In this document: positions 57,418 to 64,000 of the stretch, piece after piece
Layout: each line of letters begins with the position of its first letter
Position numbering within the stretch: the stretch's first letter is position 1
Assembly: GCA_964291405.2 (NCBI GenBank)
Contig: OZ219926.1
Span: 4,192,001 to 4,256,000 of the forward strand
Source of the DNA: Thermodesulfobacteriota bacterium
Lineage (GTDB): Bacteria; Desulfobacterota; Binatia; Bin18
Reading direction: 5' to 3'
DNA: 64,000 nucleotides
Made by a program: the position numbers and the translations under genes
Notes under the pieces: model-generated
Databases searched by the model: none
What the model was told of the DNA's origin: nothing
What the model saw: only the letters and a program-made list of their open reading frames with translations

Positions 57418-57689
57418 GTAGCAAAAAGCTTGGGAGAAAGAAACCGGCTGGTTCTCGTCCGGTATGCGGTTAGTGAGATTGGCGCTTGAACAGATATCTG
57501 CTAGGGAGACTACTTTCATCAATTTTCAATTCTCTCAAAGGATTCGCCGGCGCCAAAAGATACGCAAAGCTTTCACTCACTCCACGAGAGGAGGAATAGA
57601 AAGCAGAACGGAGTGAAAACGCGCGGGTATTCTTCGTTCACTCTTGTGCGCGCTAATGGCGCGATTGATACGGCTTGAAGGAGGAGCAT

Positions 57690-58277
57690 ATGGCTGAAGC
57701 ACGGATGCACATCGAACGTCCTTACCCTCATACGATTACTCTTCGTAACGGGTCGAGGGTCACGTTACGCTTAATGACGTCCTTTGATGCTGACCGCATT
57801 GTGAGTTTTGCACATAGCTTGCCCGCAGACGATCTTCTCCATTTGAGGATTGACATCACGGACCCTGAAGTCGTGAAGCAATGGGTGCGGAATCTTGAAG
57901 CCCGTAAGACCGTGACGATCATTGCCGAAAATGGGGAGGAGATAGCCGGCTATGCCATTCTGCACCATAATATGGTGACGTGGCAGCGTCATCTTGGAGA
58001 AATTCGTCTCTTGCTTGCTCCAGAGTATCGCTCCCAGGGATTAGGGCGGACGTTGGCAGAGGAAATTATTGCCATTGCGCAGGACTTAGAACTGAGTAAA
58101 GTGGTCGCTCAGATGATGCCGGACCAACCAGGCGCGCGCGCGCTTTTCCTCCGTCTGGGCTTTCAAACAGAGGTACTCCTGCCGGATTTTGTCATTGACC
58201 GGTCTGGACAGACGCGCGACCTGATTATCATGGCTTACGATATGACGGGCCTGTCCGGCCATGTGCACTCCACCTAG
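57690..58277 (+). CDS. GNAT family acetyltransferase
   Basis: ITLRNGSRVTLR, PEYRSQGLG, LF.RLGF; SD AGGAGGAG. Confidence 0.88.
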   Translation: MAEARMHIERPYPHTITLRNGSRVTLRLMTSFDADRIVSFAHSLPADDLLHLRIDITDPEVVKQWVRNLEARKTVTIIAENGEEIAGYAILHHNMVTWQRHLGEIRLLLAPEYRSQGLGRTLAEEIIAIAQDLELSKVVAQMMPDQPGARALFLRLGFQTEVLLPDFVIDRSGQTRDLIIMAYDMTGLSGHVHST

Positions 58278-58306
58278 GCGATCCATTGAGTGGAGAGAAC
58301 AGCGGC

Positions 58307-59776
58307 TTAAGCCGCGTTCGTACGGACATCGGCTGGGCGTGCGTCGGCATTCGCCGAACGTTTTGAAAACCGCTCCGCCGCCTCTCGCAACTCTAGGAAC
58401 GACGCCTTCAGGCAGTCGGCATACTCCCACCCGTCCGGTATGAGTTGGGGGTCAAGCGTGACGCCTATCGAGAGCTTCTGATTATAGCTGGCCACCGCAT
58501 GGAACAGGCCCACTCGTGCCGCTAGCGGGCCCATCGGAAAGAAGGCGTGTCGTTTATGCCCGGCCAGATATAGCGGAACCTGCGGACCAGGAATATTCAT
58601 GACCACCGTATTCGCCAGCGCACTCATCGAGGGCGCTTGGCCGGCGAGCGCTTGCCAAGCTGGTGGGATGCAGGTCGCCAAGGACTGCAGGGTGTGGAAG
58701 GTGCCAGCTTGATCCTGCTCGTACAGTTCCTCAACCGTCGCTTTTTGCGCGGACAGCCGTAAAATCGGGTCAGTGATACCGACATACAACGGGATTAACA
58801 TCGTCGCCGTCCGGCCCGTGGGCCGTCTTCCACGCCTGACGCGGGGCTCGTGTCGTTTGAGGTTGACGGGAGAAGCAACACGGAGTTCCAGGCCTTCTGT
58901 ATTATGTCCCTTGGCCCGTAAATAGCGTCCAATACCCCCGGCAATGATCGTCAGCACAACATCGTTTACAGTTCCTCTGAGGACCGAACGAATGAAGCGC
59001 GCTTCGGCAAAAGAAAATTCGAGCCACGTCAACTGTCGCTGGCCCGAAAGCGCCGTATTAAACGGGGTGCGCGGAACGGGTTGCATGAGGGTTGGAATGG
59101 CACTCATCAGTGCATTGCTTAACCGCGTTGACCGTGAGCCGTGGAACGGCGAGCGAAAGGCCTGGAAACTCTGATCGGCCCACCACTGTACCACCTCAGT
59201 CATCCGATCTCGAACTGCCTCTTGCAGAAGCGTCATCGCGTCGGGAATGGCCTCAGGCTCCCACGAATCGTGCGGTGGTGAGCCGCGTTCGCTGTCCGGT
59301 CTCAGGTCATGCAAGACGAGCATCAGATCAATGCCTGAGACGCCTTCCAGCATAGCTTGGTGAACGCGGGCCAGGACCATGGTGTCGCCGTCCGGACGGC
59401 CGTGGATGAGCGTCAGCCTCCATAAGGGCCGGTCTCGGTCCAATGGCGTGCTAAACAGTTGGCTGCAGACCTGAGAAATGACTCGATCATCGGCAGGAGG
59501 AGGGAGGGTGACTTCGTCTATATGATAGGCAAGATCGAAATCCGGATCATCCTCCCAGGTCGGATGGGCAATGTTCAGAGGAGCAAAAACAGCCTTCTGA
59601 CGATACTGGGGCAGGCGGTCAAAACGACTTTGAATTAATGCACAGAGCTCGTCTTTTGAAAGAGTGCCGGCATACAGACTACAGCCCCCAATATGCATAG
59701 GCGTATGTGGTTTCTCTCTGTAGAGAAAGGCTGCCTCAGTCTGAGTTAAACGTCTATAGGTCCTGTCTTGAGCCAT
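58307..59776 (-). CDS. WS/DGAT (wax ester/triacylglycerol synthase) family protein with altered catalytic motif
   Basis: PMHIGG, WEDDPDFDL.YH, PLDRDRPLW, GTVNDVVL, NIPGPQVPLYLAG; HQAMLEG in place of HHxxxDG. Confidence 0.9.
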   Translation of the reverse strand: MAQDRTYRRLTQTEAAFLYREKPHTPMHIGGCSLYAGTLSKDELCALIQSRFDRLPQYRQKAVFAPLNIAHPTWEDDPDFDLAYHIDEVTLPPPADDRVISQVCSQLFSTPLDRDRPLWRLTLIHGRPDGDTMVLARVHQAMLEGVSGIDLMLVLHDLRPDSERGSPPHDSWEPEAIPDAMTLLQEAVRDRMTEVVQWWADQSFQAFRSPFHGSRSTRLSNALMSAIPTLMQPVPRTPFNTALSGQRQLTWLEFSFAEARFIRSVLRGTVNDVVLTIIAGGIGRYLRAKGHNTEGLELRVASPVNLKRHEPRVRRGRRPTGRTATMLIPLYVGITDPILRLSAQKATVEELYEQDQAGTFHTLQSLATCIPPAWQALAGQAPSMSALANTVVMNIPGPQVPLYLAGHKRHAFFPMGPLAARVGLFHAVASYNQKLSIGVTLDPQLIPDGWEYADCLKASFLELREAAERFSKRSANADARPADVRTNAA

Positions 59777-59805
59777 ATCTGACTTGTTAGAGGATATGCA
59801 GAGAG

Positions 59806-59832
59806 AAAAAAAGAGGGACCGCAGTCCCTCTT
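59806..59832 (-). terminator. Intrinsic terminator after 59865..60332
   Basis: Minus strand AAGAGGGAC-TGCG-GTCCCTCTT plus T-run. Confidence 0.78.
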
Positions 59833-59864
59833 CCGTATGATTTCAGCGAGTGCAGGAAACCGAA

Positions 59865-60332
59865 CTAGGCTGCCACACGTTTGAGAGGGGTAGCCGGTTG
59901 CTCAACCTTTGGAGAGACTGCTCTGAGCTCCGTCGCCCCCCGGAGAGCCGTGACTTCTTCCCTGAGAGCATGAATCTCGGCCTGGAGTGCCCGAGTCTCA
60001 TTCGCTGACGGCAGTCCTGCTGCTTGGGTCAACCCAGTCAGAACGGTCTTGGTTAAGGCATTACTGACTTGCTGCCAGCGTAGAAATCCGTCCAGTGCCC
60101 GCGCAGTTGCCTCCGCAAACTGTGGAGTGCGATACAAGTTATCGATGCCCTGAGAGGTCAGCCGGACCATGGCATCATAGCCACCCCAAGCGCTGGTCGT
60201 TGTTTCTTGGTCATCTGCCAAGCCCAAACCCTGCCGTATACCCGCCACAGGCAGGTCGAAGAACAGGGTCTTATATACTGTCATGGCATCCGTCATTATA
60301 TTCGCGACATTATTAGTCTCTGCCATTGCCAT
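59865..60332 (-). CDS. PhaE-like / granule-associated hypothetical protein
   Basis: LYRTPQFA...GLPSANETRALQAEIHALREEV resembles the PhaE C-terminal LP(T/S)-coiled coil; SD AAGGAG. Confidence 0.55.
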   Translation of the reverse strand: MAMAETNNVANIMTDAMTVYKTLFFDLPVAGIRQGLGLADDQETTTSAWGGYDAMVRLTSQGIDNLYRTPQFAEATARALDGFLRWQQVSNALTKTVLTGLTQAAGLPSANETRALQAEIHALREEVTALRGATELRAVSPKVEQPATPLKRVAA

Positions 60333-60402
60333 TCTCCTTCATGTGTTTCGTGTGAACGTCTTCTACTCTACGACGATTGCAGGACCCAACCAAGCAAGCC
60401 AT

Positions 60403-60469
60403 CGTCACCTATGTGACCTTCGTTTCCGTTTTTTTGAGACTAACCCTTCTTTTTGTCTCCTCGGTGACA
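60403..60469. promoter_or_regulatory. Two degenerate TGTCA-N6-TGACA sites
   Basis: CGTCAC-CTAT-GTGACC (60403..60418) and TGTCTC-CTCG-GTGACA (60454..60469). Confidence 0.6.
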
Positions 60470-60513
60470 TCGACATGACCCTTGCATGAAAAGAGAAGTC
60501 AGAGGAATGAAGC

Positions 60514-60529
60514 AGCAAATCAGGTGCCA
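60514..60529 (-). promoter_or_regulatory. Sigma54 (-24/-12) promoter
   Basis: Minus strand TGGCAC-CTGAT-TTGCT, matches TGGCAC-N5-TTGCW; intergenic and oriented toward 60332. Confidence 0.7.
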
Positions 60530-60731
60530 TCCTGCTGTGGGAGATATCCCTAGAAGACAAAGAAATTTTCTCTCTTAAGGAGCCCTTAGACAGGAGACTG
60601 CCAATTTCCCGGGCACTAGGGTGTTGCCCAGGCAACACAAACCTGTACGGAGCAACACAGATTGCTGTTCGGGGAGCGAGTCTTTATAGTGTTCTTCTCT
60701 GGTACGGCTCAAGAAAAAAGGAGAAGGAGCA

Positions 60732-61205
60732 ATGACCCACGAGGAAATGGTTCAAGAACTCTGGGACCGAGAACACATTAAAGAACTGACTTACCAGTAC
60801 GGTTTGGCAATCGAGGCCCAGGATGAAGAAAAAATGGCCAATTTGTTTACTGCGGACGGCTCGGTGGATTTCAGTTCCATGGGTCGAGGCGTGATACGAG
60901 GGACAAGCGCCATCAAAGAATTCTACCGTTCAACGTGGCCCCTCAGAGTCAAGCCGTTTTTCACGAATCATGTCATGCACATTCATGGCGATACCGCGAC
61001 CGGCATCTGTTCGGTTGAGAACCGGGCCACCCGCGGCGACGAGAGTCTCATTGGCGCGGGTCGCCTGTATGACGAGTACGTCAAGGTGGACGGGGTGTGG
61101 AAGTTCAAATCCCGCCGGGTGGATATGTTCTACTTCACGCCCATATCCGAGGGCTGGGCGAAAGCCGCTGGCCTCGGAAAATTGGAGGTCGGGCAAGAGT
61201 CCTGA
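60732..61205 (+). CDS. SnoaL-like NTF2 family protein
   Basis: DREHIKEL..QYG.A.E, LFTADG, YDEYVKVDGVWKF.SR. Confidence 0.85.
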   Translation: MTHEEMVQELWDREHIKELTYQYGLAIEAQDEEKMANLFTADGSVDFSSMGRGVIRGTSAIKEFYRSTWPLRVKPFFTNHVMHIHGDTATGICSVENRATRGDESLIGAGRLYDEYVKVDGVWKFKSRRVDMFYFTPISEGWAKAAGLGKLEVGQES

Positions 61206-61302
61206 GAGCAGCACAATAGGGTTGAATATCATGGCTGAAGATGCTAGCGAAAAAGGGTCGACGAAGTTTGGTAGAGAATAACTGTACGAAGGGAGGCTAC
61301 AG

Positions 61303-61530
61303 ATGAAGCGTTGGACAACAGTTATGGCATTGGCTCTGGCCATAGGACTCATGAGTGCTCCTGTCGGTGTGTATGCGGATAGCCACGAGGCTGGTGAGGA
61401 AACTTCCGACAACGGTGGCGGCGAAGGCAACGGTGGCGGCGATGAGAAAAAGGACGATGGGAACGGCGGTGGCGACGGCGGTGACGGTGCCTGTGGTGGC
61501 GGCGATGCGTCGCATGAGGGCTCGCACTAA
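61303..61530 (+). CDS. Small secreted Gly/Asp/Glu-rich peptide
   Basis: SD GGGAGG; signal peptide ending VYA; own terminator. Confidence 0.65.
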   Translation: MKRWTTVMALALAIGLMSAPVGVYADSHEAGEETSDNGGGEGNGGGDEKKDDGNGGGDGGDGACGGGDASHEGSH

Positions 61531-61571
61531 GCCCTTGGACCTTGTATCTCTCACATAAGTAGACAATACGG

Positions 61572-61606
61572 AACGGGGCGTTCTTCAGAAGAACGCCCCG
61601 TTTTTT
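61572..61606 (+). terminator. Intrinsic terminator
   Basis: AACGGGGCGTTCTT-CAG-AAGAACGCCCCGTT plus T-run. Confidence 0.88.
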
Positions 61607-61692
61607 ATACAGGAACCTCATCCATAGAAAATATCCTTTTCCGGCTCTATTCCGGTGCTAGGCTAGAGAGCATCACCGGGTTGGGAGAAGTA

Positions 61693-62010
61693 ATGGGGCG
61701 GGCCCTACCCAAGAGCGCTTTCTTTTCGGACGTCACATCGGCTGACATCCAACGCGAAAAAAATCGCGCCCGTGAACTGCGCCGCTCAGCCTGGTGGAAG
61801 CGCAAACGCGCAAGCGGGGTGTGTTATTACTGTCAGCAGCTGTTCCCCCCGGCCGAACTTACCATGGATCACCTTATTCCTCTCGTCCGGGGTGGGAAGT
61901 CAACCAAAGGTAACCTGGTTGCCGCGTGCAAAGACTGCAATAGCAAAAAAAAATATGCTCTCCCCTGGGAGTGGGAAGTCGAGCAAACGCAGTCCTCGTC
62001 TCATGAGTGA
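61693..62010 (+). CDS. Small HNH endonuclease
   Basis: CYYC, LTMDHLIPLVRGGKS, NLVAACKDCN.KK. Confidence 0.88.
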   Translation: MGRALPKSAFFSDVTSADIQREKNRARELRRSAWWKRKRASGVCYYCQQLFPPAELTMDHLIPLVRGGKSTKGNLVAACKDCNSKKKYALPWEWEVEQTQSSSHE

Positions 62011-62014
62011 GTCG

Positions 62015-62398
62015 TTATGATGGCACCTCGATTTCGAGGGTGTCGCCTGTTCGCCGCACGGGATAAGTCCGAACTGGCCTGCGAGCAGGGCCGCGGAGGA
62101 CTGCTCCGGTTTTCAGATCAAAACGAGCGCCATGCGCTCGGCATATAAGGGTGTGGTCCGTCACGATTCCAGCCGACAGCGGAACTCGATTATGCGGACA
62201 GGCGTTATACAGCGCATAGACCTCTTCGCCCAGTCGAAAAATCGCGATTTTTCTTCCGGCCACGACAACCGGCTTGCCTTGGCCGTCGGGAAAATTGTCC
62301 AACGCGCCGAGTGGAACACAGACGGGAGGCGGTGGGGGCAGAGAAGGAGAAGATAGGGAAGGAAAGAAGCGACGAAGAAATTTCTGGTACAGACTCAA
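62015..62398 (-). CDS. Rieske [2Fe-2S] ferredoxin
   Basis: CPH...CRAHGARFDL. Confidence 0.88.
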   Translation of the reverse strand: MSLYQKFLRRFFPSLSSPSLPPPPPVCVPLGALDNFPDGQGKPVVVAGRKIAIFRLGEEVYALYNACPHNRVPLSAGIVTDHTLICRAHGARFDLKTGAVLRGPARRPVRTYPVRRTGDTLEIEVPS

Positions 62399-62434
62399 AA
62401 CAGACGCCCCCAGAATACGCTCATCCAGCCGTCG

Positions 62435-62469
62435 AGTCCCCAGTCCCCAACCTCCAACCCCTCATCCTC
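62435..62469. repeat. Degenerate heptamer tandem repeat
   Basis: AGTCCCC AGTCCCC AACCTCC AACCCCT CATCCTC, intergenic. Confidence 0.45.
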
Positions 62470-62475
62470 TCCATT

Positions 62476-63600
62476 CTACTCCGCCGGAAAACCATACAGA
62501 TTGACACAGTTATCGTGTACGATCTTGCGTGTATCGTCTTCTGGAATAGCCGAAAAATTATCCGCCACCTGCTGGCGTGAGAATGGCCACACCCCTTCGG
62601 TGTGTGGGTAATCCGAGCCCCACATCAGGTTTTCGACGCCCATCAACTCGCGGGTGAGCACTCCGGCGCGATCGTCCTCGAACGTGGCATAAAACTGACG
62701 GTGGAAGTAAGTGCTTGGCCGCTCGGGCAAACGTGGCTCCATCCAGCCCTTATGATCCTGCCACCAGTGATCCATAAAACCCAGTGCCGCCCCAATCCAG
62801 CCAATCCCGCTTTCGACCAAGGCCCATTTCAGTTTGGGGAAGCGGATCGGAGCGCCACCCCAAATAATCTGCTGCAGGGTCTCGTTCATCTCAAACTTCA
62901 CAATACCGATGATGATGCCACCAGCACCCGGACCGTGGGAGCGGCCAAACGGGTCACGACCGCCAATGTGAATGCTGGCAATGAGGTTCATATCCTGTAG
63001 TGCGGCCCACAGCGGGTCCCAGTCGGGCAGATTATACGGACGGTCGTCCACCCAGGCCGGTAACATCACACTGACGAGACCCAGCTTGGCGCAGCGCTCC
63101 GTTTCCGCAATGGCCCATTCAATCGGACCCCGGCACGGCACCATGCCCACCCCTTTCAGCCGGTCCGGATAGGCCGAACAATATTCCGCCAGCCAGTCGT
63201 TATACGCCCGGCAGCAGGCGTACAGGTATTCGGCATCGGGGGCACGCACGAGCGTCAGCCCCACCCCAGGATAGATGACCTCCCCGGACACCCCATCCAT
63301 GTCCTGGTCTTTCAGCCGCTCATGCGGGTCCCAGCTCCCAGGACGATTATCCGCATACCGAAAGCCCTTCGGGGCGGGGATATCCATACCCTGAGCCTTG
63401 AGGTCCTGCATTGGCCCCTCAAACGCCAAGGGCCGCGGCCGCAGACCGTCAATGACAATATAATCCCCGCTCTCGTCCAGGGCCTCAATGCGCGGTGCTT
63501 TATCCCGCCATTTCTTGTCCATCCGCGTCAGCCACAGATCAGCTGGCTCCACAATATGAGAATCGGCTGAGAGGAGGCGTTTGGTATAGGGCTCGGTCAT
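62476..63600 (-). CDS. Amidohydrolase family protein (Amidohydro_2)
   Basis: SADSHIVEP, RLKDQDMDGV, YNDWLAEYC, VESGIGW, WGSDYPH. Confidence 0.92.
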   Translation of the reverse strand: MTEPYTKRLLSADSHIVEPADLWLTRMDKKWRDKAPRIEALDESGDYIVIDGLRPRPLAFEGPMQDLKAQGMDIPAPKGFRYADNRPGSWDPHERLKDQDMDGVSGEVIYPGVGLTLVRAPDAEYLYACCRAYNDWLAEYCSAYPDRLKGVGMVPCRGPIEWAIAETERCAKLGLVSVMLPAWVDDRPYNLPDWDPLWAALQDMNLIASIHIGGRDPFGRSHGPGAGGIIIGIVKFEMNETLQQIIWGGAPIRFPKLKWALVESGIGWIGAALGFMDHWWQDHKGWMEPRLPERPSTYFHRQFYATFEDDRAGVLTRELMGVENLMWGSDYPHTEGVWPFSRQQVADNFSAIPEDDTRKIVHDNCVNLYGFPAE

Positions 63601-63618
63601 GCTTGCACCCCGTCTGTC

Positions 63619-64000
63619 TTACTTCTTCGAAGCTCCCGCCTTTTTCGCCGTCGTCCTCTTTTTTGCCGTCACTCGCTTCTTGGAGGGCGCCCGTTTTGCC
63701 GATGCGGTCCGTTTTCTCGCGGGCTTGAGCGAAACTTTATTACACGTACACGTCCCGACTTGATGCAACTCGATGATATTATCAAAGGGGTCGCGGACAA
63801 ACACTTGGTCTGAATTCTGACCAACGAGGCCCTGGATACCCCAATACCAAATTTTGCGCTTATCGAGCTCTTTCCGCGCGGCCTGAATGTCTTTGACCGC
63901 CAGGGCGACATGGGGCAGGGTGGGGTCTTCTTTCCTAGAGCGGGCCATCGGCGACTTGCCTTTAGCGCCCATCAGATGAATCTGGGTGGTGTTTTTCCCT
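63619..64000 (-). CDS. VOC/glyoxalase family protein with basic tail (5' end outside window)
   Basis: QIHL, HVALAVKD, FVRDPFDNIIEL; frame open to window end; K/R/A-rich C-terminus. Confidence 0.8.
   Translation of the reverse strand, partial: GKNTTQIHLMGAKGKSPMARSRKEDPTLPHVALAVKDIQAARKELDKRKIWYWGIQGLVGQNSDQVFVRDPFDNIIELHQVGTCTCNKVSLKPARKRTASAKRAPSKKRVTAKKRTTAKKAGASKK

Noticed and set aside
61693-62010. HNH gene as a mobile or defence element
   Set aside because: Short standalone HNH with no intron, repeats or defence neighbours
62300-62398. Tat signal on the Rieske protein (LRRFF)
   Set aside because: No hydrophobic h-region follows, only a Ser/Pro linker

Overview
A 64 kb, gene-dense, mostly catabolic and lipid-related bacterial region of moderately high GC. 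Many LLM oxidoreductases, SDRs, hydantoinase/oxoprolinase pairs, DUF1329/DUF1302 proteins and amidohydrolases suggest a Binatota- or Entotheonella-like Gram-negative (inference, not tested). Order: 3' part of a type III restriction Res subunit; CoA transferase; VapBC pair with an apparently shortened antitoxin; a minus-strand LLM/methyltransferase/hydantoinase/SDR/MFS/DUF1329 run; a Ycf48-like/RND/DUF1302/DUF1329 envelope cassette; a thiolase/DUF35/hydantoinase A-B/LLM operon with a 45-bp repeat bracketing the A subunit; a cytochrome P450 pseudogene divergent from four intact tandem TetR paralogs; cbpA; CoA transferase/CitE/hydrolase; and, at 54-60.6 kb, a candidate lipid-storage regulon. That locus holds an Rv0474/MLDSR-like XRE regulator, a phasin-like protein, a Crp/Fnr regulator with a CooA-type RQ recognition helix, a lipase, a GNAT, a WS/DGAT with a degenerate active-site motif and a PhaE-like protein. 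Two distinct recurring operator motifs and a sigma54 promoter can be read directly from its DNA. No rRNA, tRNA, CRISPR array or transposase was seen. All family calls come from motif recognition by eye, not database searches.
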